This document shows positions 26,958-40,740 of a DNA stretch of 64,000 nucleotides, one piece after another. Source of the stretch: Octopus vulgaris (Eukaryota). The position numbers and the translations under genes are program-made. Below the pieces are notes generated by a model. It worked only from the letters and a program-made list of their open reading frames with translations. It made no database searches and was not told the DNA's origin. Every line of letters begins with the position of its first letter. Position 1 is the stretch's first letter. The DNA lies in NCBI GenBank assembly GCA_951406725.2, contig OX597835.1, forward strand, positions 50,220,001 through 50,284,000, given 5' to 3'.

Positions 26958-27334
26958 CTACCTGCATTTAGGTTTGTGTGTGTATACATGTGTATACATG
27001 TATGTACATCTATATGCATTTATGTCTGTCTGTCTGTCTGTCTGTATGCATATATTGTGTAAACTGGAGATTTTTCTGATGTGATCAGACATTTGAGCAT
27101 TATCTCCTCTTCCCACTCCCTACAACCTTCTCAATTCTGTCAACTTCATCCTGATACAGAGTGACATTTGTGTGCATTGTTGTTGTTATTATTGATCATG
27201 GCTTTATTTCATTTTCCTCTGACACAATCATTGTTTATGCCTGTTGTCATGGTTAGACTATTTCCATTTTCCTAATCAATTCAAATAACTTACTATTACA
27301 GTTGTTGTTATTATTATTGTCATTATCCTCATGT

Positions 27335-27558
27335 AACAGTAGCAAGCTGGCAGAATCATTAAGGTGTTGTACAAAAGGCTCAGTGGCAGTTTTTCCAGTT
27401 CTTTATGTTTTGAGTTCAAATGCTGCAGAGGTCAACTCTTCCTTTTACCCTTTTGTGGTTGATAAAATAAAGTACAAGTTGAGCATTGGGATCAGTGTAA
27501 TCAACCAGTCCCCATCCTCAGATTTCAGGCCATGTGCCTATAGTGGAAAGAATTAGGA

Positions 27559-27598
<40 letters not shown>

Positions 27599-28459
27599 GT
27601 AGTAGTAGTAGTAGTAGTAGTAATAGAAGTAGAAGTAGTAGTATGAGCTAGTAAGTTCTGTCTGTACCATGAGGTACATAAGGTTGCAACAGCACAGCCT
27701 CTCCAACCAGCTCTGTTTTCTGCCGTTCAGATCCATTAGTTCTCTGGGCTTGGAATTGAGGACAGGTCATGATAAAAGCTCAGTCCTCCAGGATTAGATG
27801 TTGGGCAGAAGACTAGATGTCTCCCTTTGTAAAAATCACATTGGTTACAGAAACTGCCATTATTATTACTACTACTATGTAACTTTATGTTCTGAGTTCA
27901 AATTCCACCGTGGTCAACTTTGCTTTTCATCCTTTTGGGGTTGAGAAGATAAGTCTCCCCCACCCCACCCAACCCCCAAATTTCAGGCTTTGGGTTTATA
28001 ACTAAAAGGATTATTATAACTAAGTAACAGCAGTGAGTTGGAGCATTGGACAAAAATGCTTTGCAGTATTTCTTTAAATCCCTCCTGGGTTGTAATTGGC
28101 CTTTCATCCTTTCAAGGTTGATAAAATAAAGTACAGATGGTTCCATACAGATGGTGACAGATAGTGACTAACCTTCACTTCAGAACTGCGCCTCTTGTGC
28201 CTAAATCGAAAAACCATTATTATTGCCAAAAGAGTGGTGAATTGGCAGGATTGTTAGCTTGTCAGACAAACTGATGCTTAGTGGAATTTCTTCTGGTGCT
28301 TAAGGTTAAAATCTTTCCATGATCAGCTTTGCCTTTCGCTCTTTCAGAATCAATAAAATGAGTACCAGTTGAACACTGGGGTTGGCAGAATCAACTTCCC
28401 GTCTCCCAAAAATTTATAGCTTTGTGCCAAAATTTGAAATCATCATCGTCATCATCATC

Positions 28460-28509
<50 letters not shown>

Positions 28510-28568
28510 TATTATTATCATTATTATTATTATTATCGTTATTATTATTATCATTATTATTATCATCA

Positions 28569-28620
<52 letters not shown>

Positions 28621-28970
28621 GGCAGTGAGCAAGCACACTGGATGAAAAGATTAGCGGTATTTTGCCTGTTGCTGTTTCGAGTTCAAATTACACTGAGGTC
28701 AACTTTACCTTTCATCCTTCCAGGGTCAGTAAATTAAGTACTAGTGATACACTGGGGTCGATGTAATTGACTAGTCCTCTCCAGCAAAATTTCAGACCTT
28801 ATGCCTATGGTAGAAAGGATTATTATTATTATTAAGGCATTTTGCCTTTAATCCCTTCAGGGTCGATAACATATGTAACCAACCAGTTGATCCCTGCTAG
28901 TGAAATAATCAACTTATATCTCCCCACCACCAAATTGCTGGCCTTGTGCCAAAATTTGAAACCATTATTG
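27335..28970 (+). mobile_element. Cluster of ~6 tandem SINE family B copies with (ATT)n/(CAT)n tails
   Basis: Repeated gagttcaaat...ggtcaactttgc...tcatcc...aaataaagtac...gccttgtgcc units; CpG-depleted. Confidence 0.8.
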
Positions 28971-29366
28971 AGAGAGCTAATAGATGTGTGCTGTTGTCAT
29001 GTGATGTGATCTTCTTGCAGCCGTTGTGTCTGGCTTGTTGTTCACTTGTCAAAATACTATCGCTTCAGCTAACGCAATTCTCTTACGGCATAGCAATGTA
29101 ACACTCATGTTCTCCTCCTCCTCCTCCTACTCATGGTTGTTGTCATCATCATCGTTCTGATTTGCTACAAAGAAGATCTATTCTCTTCGTTTTAGCAATT
29201 CTATTTCAGTGTTATAATGCCACGTGAATGCTGTTGTGGCTCTTTAGCCACAGGTCAGACATCACTGAACAAACCTATGATCAAAGAAAGGCATTTTAAT
29301 CATGATCACACCATCTTTTGTATATCAGTCTACTCATATGTACATGCTTGTATGTGAGTGTATACA

Positions 29367-29399
<33 letters not shown>

Positions 29400-29572
29400 G
29401 TATATGTATGTGTATATATATATATATATGTATGCATATATATATGTGTATGTATGCATATATATATATATATATATATGTATGTATATATATGTAAGTA
29501 TGTATATATATATATGTAAGTATGTATATATATATATGTAAGTATGTATATATATATATGTATGTATGTATG

Positions 29573-29615
<43 letters not shown>

Positions 29616-29762
29616 GTATATATATGTATGTATGTATGTATATATATGTATGTATGTATTCATATGTATGTATGTATATATATGTATGTATGTATATATA
29701 TGTATGTATGTATATATATGTATATATGTATATATATGTATGTATGTATATATATGTATATG

Positions 29763-29843
<81 letters not shown>

Positions 29844-29874
29844 ATAAATGTATGTATGTATATATATATATACA

Positions 29875-29910
<36 letters not shown>

Positions 29911-29995
29911 TATACATATATACATACATACATCATCATCATCATCGTATAACGTCCGTTTTCCGTGCTAGCACGGGTTGGACGTTTCGACCAGA

Positions 29996-30130
29996 GTCTG
30001 GGAAGCCAGGGCTGTACCAGGTTCCAGTCTGATCTGGCAGTGTTTCTACAGCTGGATGCCCTTCTAACGCCAGCTGTAGAAACATTGCCAGATCAGACTG
30101 GAGCCTGGTACAGCTCCTGGCTTCCCAGAC
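29996..30130. repeat. Fold-back of family C element (~60-bp arms, 14-nt loop)
   Basis: gtctgggaagccagggctgtaccaggttccagtctgatctggcagtgtttctacagctgg / ccagctgtagaaacattgccagatcagactggagcctggtacagctcctggcttcccagac. Confidence 0.85.
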
Positions 30131-30133
30131 CCC

Positions 30134-30166
<33 letters not shown>

Positions 30167-30829
30167 TATATATATACATATATATGTTTCACCACATGCA
30201 GTTCTCAGGATACAGCCATAGACAAAGGATCAGAGTATATAAAAGAGCTATGAAGAAATTTGAAACTATCATATGTAACGATAGGATTGGGATTTTTCCA
30301 CTCTGTAGGAGCAAGTCATGGGATACCACTGAAAGGACTAAAAAGAAAATAGGGAAGGCCAACACATTTCCTCGCTGCCAATTGTAACTGTGCCTGCGAA
30401 GGTGGATTTGAAAAATTATCATGTATGATGGATGGAACACATGTGTCTTCAGTGTTGCATAAATATGCATAAAATTTAGCAGCCTTAATGAAGAAGCATG
30501 GATGGTAAATTAATTTATTTGCGCTTTAATTCAGAAACTCGAGTATAAGGGTAACTATTGAAATGTTTTTATTTTGCATTCCCTTTGAAATTACTTTTAT
30601 TTGTGGTTTGGGCTTTAACTGCTCTTTCCAGCATGTAAGGTGTCCTGTTAAAGGTCACCTCTTTTTGTGTATAAAAACATACACTAATTCATATGAAAAA
30701 TATGTTGTCTAGTGACTTTATTACGCATGCTGGCCACCAGGAGAATATTTCTCTAAATTTTCTACCCTTATTATTTTCGCAGTATATATGTGTATGTGTG
30801 TGTGTGTGTATATATATATATATAGTGCT

Positions 30830-30879
<50 letters not shown>

Positions 30880-32171
30880 TACTCCGTCGGTTACGACAAC
30901 AAGGTACCCAGCTGATACGATCAACAGAACAGCTTGCTCGTGAAATTAACGCGCAAGTGACTGAGCACTCCACAGACACGTGTACCCCTAACGGAGTTCT
31001 CAGGGAGATTCAGCATGACACAGAGTGTGACATGGCTGGCCCTTTGAAATACAGGTACAATTCATTTTTGCCAGCTGAGTGGACTGGAGCAATGTGAAAT
31101 AAAGTGTCTTGCTCAAGGACACAATGTGTTAAAAGGTGGCAATTGTAAAATGTTGAGAATTGCTTCTCTAGAGTGAAGTTTTCCACCCAGATACTCTTTG
31201 ACACAAGTTATATCATTGTTGTCAGGATACTAATAAACAATAAATCACTGAGGTTTGTTACTCAGAGACACCTTCTACATGAAAAACAATAGTTAAGTTA
31301 GTGTCAACATATTTTATTTTCTGAACATCAAAAACTAAATTGGAACTACTTACATGATGAAGAAATGACAATGTTTGCTGAATGCTAATTGTTATTTTAT
31401 TATCTTTGGGAAGTGCATGTTCCCGTCTTATTAGACATCATCAGCAAAGCACCGTCTTCACTATACTAAATGCAATATTAATTGGGCAATCACTAAATTG
31501 ATGTACAATTTTATACATTAGTGGACATGAAAAATTAGCATAATCATTGGATTTTAATTGTATGTGAAACATTAATTAAGTTAGTGTTAATCAATTTAAG
31601 GAATAATCATTACAAATTTAGAGAGAAATATCAATACAATGAGGAATATACATAATTTGTTGCATGACTAATTAGTTAAATATTTTTGGTGCAGGTATGG
31701 CTGTGTGGTTGAGAAACTTCCTTTTCAACCACGTAATTGCAGGTTCAGTCCCACTGCATGGCGCTTTGGGCAATTTTTTTCTATTTTAGTTCTAGGCTTG
31801 TGAGTGGGTTTGGCAGACAGAAACTGAAAAGAAGCCTGTCATATATCTATATATATATGAGTGGAGTGAAGGGCTTGTGTGTGTTACTGACACCTTTTTT
31901 GACATTGGATGATAATTGTAAATGAGAATCACCTTCATACAAGCAGTGTCCTTTGTTTTCAGTCTTCCATGAAACAGGTCTGGTGCTGGGAAAATATCAC
32001 CAAGTAAGGGTTGTTAACAGGAAGAACATCTGTCCAGAGAAAATCTGCCTCAATGAAATTTCAAACAACTCATGCAAACATGGAAAAGTGAACATTAAAA
32101 CGCCAACGACTTCACCGTCCCATGAAGAGTGTCTTACATATGGCTTATCTCACTGTTTAGTCTTTTTTATA

Positions 32172-32476
32172 TATGCACCCTTTTCAAGCCTAGCCAGGCT
32201 CAAGGGCCCAGTTTCCCGGTTTCTGTGGTGTATGTGTTCCCCCCAGCTGGACGGGACGCCAGTCCATTGCAACGTTACTCAAGAAACAGGAAGAAAGAAT
32301 GAGAGAAAGTTGGGGCGAAAGAGTACAACAGGGGTTGCTACCATCCCCTGCCGGAGCCTCGTGGAGCTTTAGGTGTTTTCACTCAATAAACACACACAAC
32401 GCCCGGTCTGGGTATCGAAACCATGATCTTCTGACTGCGAGTCTGCTGCCCTAACCACTGGGCCATTGCGCTTCCA
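32172..32476 (-). mobile_element. tRNA-derived SINE family E (V-SINE-like body)
   Basis: Minus head GGAAGCGCAATGGCCCAGTGGTTAGGGCAGCAGACTCGCAGTCAGAAGATCATGGTTTCGATACCC; body ATGGACTGGCGTCCCGTCCAG...GAAACCGGGAAACTGGGCCC. Confidence 0.75.
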
Positions 32477-33576
32477 TTATCTGACTGTACAGAACCTGAA
32501 TTATGCAAAGCTTGAGTGAAATTGCAACTCCTTGTCTATTGGACCTCTATATTTTCCCCTTTGGTGGGGGTGGGGGTTATATCTACAAAATTATTCAGGA
32601 ACAAATCTGAAATCTAAATACATTTCTATATAGAATTAACATCTTTCAGTGTTTGACATTTATGTTTCACAAATGTGAACTTTCATATTTTGTAAGTAAC
32701 CCATCAGGTATCAATATGGTAAGAGACCTTTGCACTGTTCACACATTGATCTTGTTAAATCAATGAATACCATTGATAGGTTACCAACTGTATAAAATAG
32801 CTATTTTTAGTATTCAAATTAGTATCTTTCTCGTGTAACATAAACACATATTATTACCTGCATCACCATGGTCATTGTGATTGGGCTAACACCTGTATTG
32901 TCTCTCTTTCTCTCACTCTCTCTCTCTCTGTCTGCCTGTCTCTCCCTCCCTCTCTCTCTACTTTCCTACTGCTACTTAAATACTCATTCCCTTTGCTCCC
33001 TATGCTTCATAGGTCACCCTCAACTTTTCTCCTCTGCCCTCCACTCTGGGCTCCCTTTCAAAAGTACCCACCCCAGTAAAAAGGTGGGTGGGTGGGGGGG
33101 TAAACATGTTTCCTTAGTCTTGTTGGGTTTCAATTATCATCAGTGCTTCTGTGACTTTGCTTTTTTCTAAATAGGAGTGTTGGTCCTACTCAAACCCATT
33201 TTAACATCTAGAAAGAGGGGGTCTGTAGAAAAATCACTATAACAAATAACATAAACTTTGTCTTAAATATGCCTGGGCCCGAAACTTGTGTGTGTGTGTG
33301 TATATATATATGTGTGTGTGTGTGTGTTATGTAAGATATAAGCTAGATGTATTAAAATCATCCAAGGGATAGATGTATCCAAAGACACTCCAGGTAATTA
33401 CCTCAGTATGTTTGGTCCTTGTTATAAAGTATACTGTGGCAGGTAATTTAAGAGGTAAACTGTGGTTTAATATATATGTATAGAGGATAAGAAAATGGAG
33501 AAATAAGTAACAATGAGAAGTGGATCTTTGGTGTTATAAAGTCATTATTTAATTAAGATGGGAGTATGTTAGAGTA

Positions 33577-33655
33577 AGGTTACAGCTGTTTCCATGTATC
33601 AGGTTGGGGTAAATATGTATTTACCTCGTTGTAATTGATAGACATCATCAGAATG
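33577..33655 (-). ncRNA. Hammerhead-like motif (stem I degenerate)
   Basis: Minus strand: CTGATGA-TGTCTATCA...TGATACATG-GAAAC-AGCT-GTA. Confidence 0.5.
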
Positions 33656-33793
33656 AAAAAAATCACTTCAGCTTATTAGCTTCTAAGCTGAAGTGAAGAC
33701 ATCATGTTCTTTGTCTATCTCCTTACCTTCTTGGAGGTTTTAGGTAAAATTATACTAATGTGTCCATCTGTTTTAATTTAATTCTATGTATTT

Positions 33794-33881
33794 ATGCAGC
33801 TGAGGATTGCTCTGCATTTAAAGTGATGTAATGGTTGCATTGTTCAATTAAATGGAGTTGCTTGAAATGATCGTACTGCAT
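33794..33881 (+). ncRNA. Type-I hammerhead ribozyme candidate
   Basis: ATGCAG-CTGAGGA-(gctc..catttaa/ttaaatggagt stem II)-GAAAT-GATC-GTA-CTGCAT. It has a 6-bp stem I, a palindromic GATC loop and a GUA triplet. Confidence 0.6.
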
Positions 33882-34186
33882 TACCTCTGGATATCCGAGT
33901 TGTTTATTTTGATTGTGTGTGTGTGTGAGTGTGCGCACACATGTGTGTGTGTAAAGGATATGAGGGGGTTTAGTTCACTGGTGATCCAAACAAATAGGTA
34001 CGCTGAGTAAGTGCCATAATTGGTCTTCCGTTAGGTTCCGAACTCACTGCTGAGGCTGGAGCTAGGGACTTGTATTAGATTTCCGTGTTAGCAGGTGTAC
34101 GTTAGAAGAAAAGGCCGTCAAAACCAAGGCAGGATGAGTGTGTCAAGTCATTTATAATAATTTAATTTGGGTAAGGTTAATTTGAA

Positions 34187-34262
34187 GTCTTACAGCTGTT
34201 TCTGGGGTGCCCCAAGTGATAGGCTAGCATGTCTGTACCCTGGGTATTCCGTCATCAAAGTC
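34187..34262 (-). ncRNA. Degenerate hammerhead-like motif
   Basis: Minus strand: gact-TTGATGA-cGGAATACCC...GGGGCACCCCA-GAAAC-AGCT-GTA-agac. C3 is changed to T. Confidence 0.5.
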
Positions 34263-34845
34263 AAGGTGAGTATGTATGAAAGTTCTAGACAGGGAAATTC
34301 ACAGTTTATAAGGGATAAAATAGAAGAATAAAGAGTAAAAGTAGACATAAGGATACAGGCAGGAGAATTAAAGTTTACAATTCATCTTTTTCCAGAGAGT
34401 ATGGAGGTTGGGCCATACTTCTGTGATGGAATAGGTCCCTATGCTTAATCCCAGGTAAATCCCAGCAGAATTTTGGCAGTATTTTGAATGATTGTTCATG
34501 TTGAAGTGGTTAGCTAGTGTGTTAATGTGGACCATTAGCAGTTTGGCAGACATGACTGATAGAATAAGTAACAGGTTTAAAAAAAAAAAAAACGCCCTGG
34601 GGACGATGTAGTCAACTAAAATTTCCTCCAAGGTTATGCCCCAGCATGGCCACAGTCTAATGACTGAAACAAGTGAAAAACAAGATCAAAGAACTCATAT
34701 AAACCATTGAAACACATTTTTGTTTATTCAAAAAGATAAATAATAATAATTTATTTCTCTGTTTACCATCTCTTTGTGAAGGTTAAAATTATTTTTTGGA
34801 CCAATATTCAGGTCAAAAAACAAACAAAACATTGTATGTTGTTAT

Positions 34846-34948
34846 GTTGAAGAGAGAGGATCACTTTGGCCTCTGCAGTTGAAGAGAGAGGATCACTTTG
34901 GCCTCTGCAGTTGAAGAGAGAGGATCACTTTGGCCTCTGCAGTTGAAG
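34846..34948. repeat. Minisatellite, 32-bp unit x ~3.2
   Basis: gttgaagagagaggatcactttggcctctgca, repeated perfectly. Confidence 0.95.
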
Positions 34949-35342
34949 CTTATTTGCTTGCTTTTGTTTTTGCATTTGTGATAAAACACAGCCTTTGTAA
35001 CGTTACTCGTGACAATTTCGTAACACTTTGTGCACAAGATGTTCATGAGGTTTCTATGGAATGTAAAACAAATACACACACAATCATATGCTTACACCCA
35101 CACACGCATGTGTGTGTGTGTATTGAAGGTACATGGCCTACTGGTTAGGGTGTTGTGCTCATGATCAGAAGATTGCAGTTTCAATTTCTGGACCAGGTAG
35201 TGTGTTGTGTTCTTGGCAAAAAACTTTATTTCACGTTGTTCTATGATCACTTTGGCATCTGCAGTATGGCACTCTGTGCACCTGTACAGGTAATTTCAGT
35301 TTGATGGAGGGAGCCACCTAATGTACAGTGGAAACATTTGTC

Positions 35343-35845
35343 AAGTGCTAAAGACAGTGGGTAGGGAAAGGAGAAGCATGGGCACCCCAAGCTAAAGAAA
35401 GTTTTCACCCACACAAGGTGTTGTTATCTGTTTGGTGGGCTATGAAAGGTTTAGTCCACTTTGAACTTTTAAACCCAAACCAAATGATAACAAAGGAGAT
35501 CTGCTGTGAGCAGCTTGAGCACTAGAAGAAAAACGACCGTCTTTGGTTTCAAGACAAAAGGTGTTCTTCCATCAGGATAATGCTTGGCCACATACAGTGA
35601 GGATGACATTCCAAAGGCCGGAGCATATATTTGCCAGACATTAATTAGCCTAGCTGATTATCATTTATTCTGCAGTCTTCAAAATCCTTTGGAGGGAAAA
35701 AATATGAATTCTGTAGATAAGGTCAGAACAGAACTGGAGGAGTATTTTTCATTATGGAGAAGTGAATCTTGGAAGAGGGGCCTTGCAAGTCTACTAGATA
35801 GATGGAAGAGCATTGTAGAAAATGAAGGGGAGTATATTTTAGATT
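35343..35845 (+). pseudogene. Mariner (DD34D) transposase fragment with stops and deletions
   Basis: KC*RQWVGKGE...FHPHKVLLSVWWAMKGLVHFELLNPNQMIT...LEEKRPSLVSRQKVFFHQDNAWPH...ADYHLFCSLQN...RWKSIVENEGEY. Confidence 0.9.
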
Positions 35846-36699
35846 TAAAAAGTCTAACACCCTAACCACTAAGCCACACACATCCAATTGGTGTGTTTAC
35901 ATCCATAACTTAGTGCTTCAGCAAAAGAGACTGATGGAATAAGTATTAGGCTTTAAAAATATGCCCTGGGGTAAAATTTGTTTGACTAAAGCCCATCAAG
36001 GTGGTGCTCCTGCTTGGCCGCAGTCACAAGTAAAATAATAAAAGAATATATAAATTGAATTATGATATAATCGTAATCTACACACTCAGAAAGGTACATA
36101 TAAAATTTCATTAAAAAATACCCAGTTTTTTGAAAGTTATGAGGAAACAAAGCTGACTTGTGTAAAATTTCTGAAACTCTGTCCCCATCTCACGGAAAAA
36201 AAACAAACTAATTTCCCCAACAAATTCCGATACAATTGGAATCTTCATGATCTGAAACGAATTTGATGAAAGTATCATTTTTTGTTTAAATATCAATTTT
36301 TCTGAAAATTATGAGGAAACAAAGTTGGTGGTGGCGGGCACGCTTGTGTAGGAATGCCTACACACACACACACGCACACGCGCACACACACACACACACA
36401 CACGTACTCGCATGGAAACCGCCAAGAACGTAGTAGTCTATTAGCATATCCTCCTCCTCCTCCTACATGGTATTTCTTCTTCAAAATTACTCCAGCTGTT
36501 TCCTATCTTTGCCGGGCACATCACTTCCAAGAAACCATATTGCAGCACTGGACTAATTCCACCGAATCCCTGGTGATACTTGAGTTAAAATGACATTTCC
36601 TATCGCCTGAAAAGAACAAAAAAATCTCCATTGCCTACGTTCTCCTTTTATACTTTCATTTTCGATGTTTCACTCCCACTAACTCGATGTAACTCTATT

Positions 36700-36784
36700 A
36701 CCAATGCGACTCCCGCCGTCCGTCGGTGACGTCTGTCTCTCTACACCCATCATGCTCGTATATTAACACAACACCTGTGTACAG
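36700..36784 (+). promoter_or_regulatory. Candidate TSS / non-coding first exon of the downstream VPS13-family gene
   Basis: CCAAT at ~36701, CpG cluster gcgactcccgccgtccgtcggTGACGT and donor-like ACAG|GTAAAC at 36784/36785. It lies in a CpG-retaining block (~36330-38400). Confidence 0.4.
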
Positions 36785-37204
36785 GTAAACTATTAATATT
36801 CATTGTCACCATATTTTTCTCTGCTGCTTCGTTATAGATTAATTTTCTGACATAATTACAAGTTTTAATTGATAAGTATATTGGATTTAATAAGTGTGTG
36901 TTTGTGGATGTATGTACGTGTCGCTGTGTGTGTGTGCGCGGGTGCTGTGTGTTTGTATTTGCGTGTGTGTATCTCCCTGCGTCAATCTGTTTGTGTTTTC
37001 CGTGTGTTTGTGTTTGTAGTTTTTGTTTCTGCGTGTGTTTGTGTGCATCTGTATATGTGTTGTCTGTGTTTGCGCGTCTCCCGTGTTGTGTGCGTGCACG
37101 TATATGTTTCTGTGTGTGAGTGAGAGGGAGAAGCTATTACGACATTAAATGTGACAGCTATTTAAGATTTTCCTTAATAATTTATTTAATTAGTTAAGAT
37201 TCAC

Positions 37205-37790
37205 TTCAAATTCTGGCACAAGGCCGGCAGTTTTGCGGAGGCGTTCAATCTCTTAAATCGACTTCAGTTTTCAGCTGGTACTTACTTTATCGATCCAAGA
37301 AGGATGAAAGGCAAAACTGACCTCGGCGGGATTTGAACTCAGAATGTGAAGACGTTTCCCCCAGCGTGCTAACGATTCTGCCAGCCTGCCGCCTTAATAT
37401 TCTCCTTCATATCGGTTTCAAATTTTGGCAGTAATTTTAGGTACTTGTTTTATCGACCCTGAAAAATAAAGTCGACCCCGGCGGAATTTGAACTCAGAAC
37501 GTGAAGATGGATCAAATGCCGCTCGACATATTGCTCGGCGTGCTAACAATTCTGCCAGCTGGCCACCTCAACAATTCTCTTTAATATTACGAAGTGGTGA
37601 ACCGGACAAAATGTTTAGCTGCATTTCGTCCGTTATAATGCTCTGAATTCAAATTCCGCCGAAGTCCACTTTGCATTTCATCCTTTCAGGGTCGATAAAA
37701 TAAGTACCATTTGATCCCTGGGGGTAAATGTAATTGACTTAATCCATCTCCCTGAACTTGTTGGTCTTGTGCCAAAATTTGAAACCAATA
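37205..37790. mobile_element. Three SINE family B copies (two -, one +), CpG-retaining
   Basis: ggcgggatttgaactcagaa / ggcggaatttgaactcagaac / ttcaaattccgccgaag motifs. Confidence 0.85.
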
Positions 37791-38489
37791 TTACGAAGAA
37801 TATGCTAATCCTTCTTTAGGAAATTGAACACACTTGAAAATGTAGGAATTCTATGGCCAGCCTCATTAGCGCAGACATATGAGCGAAGCTCTTCCAAATA
37901 TGACCATCCAGTCGCTGTAAATATAGAACTCAGTTATCTGATTTGTTCTTATACAAAAACGTTAGTGTTAGCTGAAAGAGATTTGGGTGCTATTTTTAGC
38001 GGATCGAGCGAGCACCTTGCCACTTCCTCAGTGGTACCTGTACCGCACTTACGTCGCACACCGGATGTTTTTTTCATGGGTTAAATAATGCGACTGACAC
38101 ATGAGTAAATAAGGTAACATATGTGATCACTCGACTTACTAGAAATAGCAGCCAAATCTTTCTCAAACCACACCCTGCCATCATAGATAAGGAAGGAAAC
38201 TTTAGATAATGTAATTCTAATTAAACAGCTCCGAAATAATGGGTAGATCATTGCAAGAACGCCTCTGCTCAATGATGAAACGCAAAGTTTGCCTTGGCAA
38301 TGCTCGGGGCATAAAACTACGCAACAAAATACCACAAACGTATTATTTTTTTTTTCTTGTTGTTCAACTGATTCTGCCACTAAACGGCCAGAAAATGTGT
38401 TTATGCAAGTTTATTCACACACTTGAAAAACACACACACACACACACATTCATATATATATGTGTGTGTCTATACATACATACATATAT

Positions 38490-38960
38490 ATACATGCATC
38501 AGCACCAGTAACAGTTAAGCTTCGTGCATTGGCCATACTCGATATCGAGGGGACAGCCATAATATATCTATATATCTATATATATACATACATATATACA
38601 TGCATATGTATATATGTATATATATACATACATACATATATGTATATATACACATATATATATTATATACACACATACATATATACATACATATGTATAT
38701 ACATATATACATACATATGTATATATATATATATATATATATTACATATATATACATGCATCAGCACCAGTAACAGTTAAGCTTCGTGCATTGGCCATAC
38801 TCGATAACGAGGGGGCAGCCATAATATATATATATATCTATATATCTATATCTATCTATATATATACATACATATATACATGCATATATATATATATATA
38901 TATATATACATACATACATATATGTATATATACACATATATATATTATATACACACACAT
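38490..38960. repeat. ~260-bp tandem duplication containing an unclassified ~65-bp repeat; third copy at 52655-52717
   Basis: gcaccagtaacagttaagcttcgtgcaWtggccatactcgataWcRaggg...cagccataat at 38502, 38764 and 52656. Confidence 0.85.
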
Positions 38961-40740
38961 ATATATATTCTTTTACTTGTTTTAGTCATATGACTGCAGC
39001 CATGCTGGAGCAGTGCCTTAAATGGTTTTAGTCAAAGAATTCAACTCTAGGACTTATTCTTTGTCTGCCTAGTACTTATTCTATTAGTCCCTTCTGCTGT
39101 ACCACTAAGTTATGGAAACATAAACACACCAGCATTGGTTGTCATGTGATGGTGGGGGAACAAACAGAGACACAATGACACACACACATATGATGGGCTT
39201 CTTTCAGTTTCTGTTTACAAAATCCACTCACAAAGTTTTGGTTTGGCGATGGGACTGAACCAGGAACCATGTGGTTGGGAAGCAAGCTTCTTACCACACA
39301 ACCACACACACACACATATACATCATCATCATCATCATCATTTAATGTCTGTTTTCCATGCTGGCATGGGTTGGACAATTTGACTGGCTCAGTTATGAAA
39401 CCAACATCAGCCATGACTATGATCTCACTTGGCTTGACAGGTCTTCCCAAGGACAGTCTGTTGCCAAAGGTCCCAAGTCACTTGTCACTGCCTCTATGGG
39501 GCCCACAGTTTGAAGGGTGCTTTTTATGTGCCACCAGCACGGGTGCCAGTTACACGACAGGCACCCATCCCAGTGGCACACACACACACACACACCAAAG
39601 CATACCATATGAATCCATGATGGCCAATTTTATCAATCAGTTTCACAGTGGATATTAGGTAATCAGACAATTATCTCATAACTATTCTCTTCAAAGATGG
39701 CTCTATAAAACTTTGATTTATAAACCACTTGATTGACAAATGTGCTTAATACCTCTTTTCCTGACTATATAAATATATGTATGCATATACTTATTTATAG
39801 ACAGACAGACAGACAGATAGATAGAAAGATAGATATGTATGTGTGTATGTATGTATGTATGTATGTATGTATGTATGTATGTGTGTATGTATGTATGTAT
39901 GTATGTATGTGTGTATGTACCATAAAGATTATGTATATATGTCTTGTTTTAAATAAATTAGAATTCATTTATTAATTACAACAGAAAATGGATTTTCACA
40001 GTTTCTGCAAAAGTTATTAAATTCAGTGACATAAAACAAAACAAGTGTGAATTTTATAATTTTGCAAATTAAATTTAATCAAATTTTTATCAAATTCATT
40101 TTCGTAACATCTTAATGATAGCCCTTCCTTTATCTTCTCTAAAATATAATGAATTGTATTGACATTTTTACTTTACTTTTGTTCAGTGCGTGTATATATT
40201 ATATACACAAAACTTTACAGTATATACATGTGCATGGTATACAAAAACTGGTCTAGTGTATATATAAGCAGCTGTGATATATATACTAACCAATATAGAA
40301 TGTGTTCATTCGTAATGAATCCCTTATGATATACACATGCAATATACATAATCCTGTATAAGTGTATATGTATGTATGTGTATCTGCATGTGAGAGTGTG
40401 TGTATATACATGTCTACTTCAGAGTTGAGTGTGTAAATTGTGAGTGGATTATGAAGCTGCTCTAATTAGTATGGAAATATTAAAAATCTTGCTGCCTATC
40501 TACTAGTTTTATTTGTACTATAATATAGAAAGTTGGTTTTTAATCATTTTAGAGTATGTAATTTTTACTAAAAAAAAAAAGGTGGAGGAATCCTTAAAGT
40601 CTACAATATCTAGAAAACTCTTGAAAATTTTAATATATTTTTGTGAAAATGTGATTTTCATGATCTTCATATTGTCGAAGATTTCAACTACAGAAAACGA
40701 ATTTTAATTCACTGTGTCTCATCTTTACCTTCTTTTTCTC

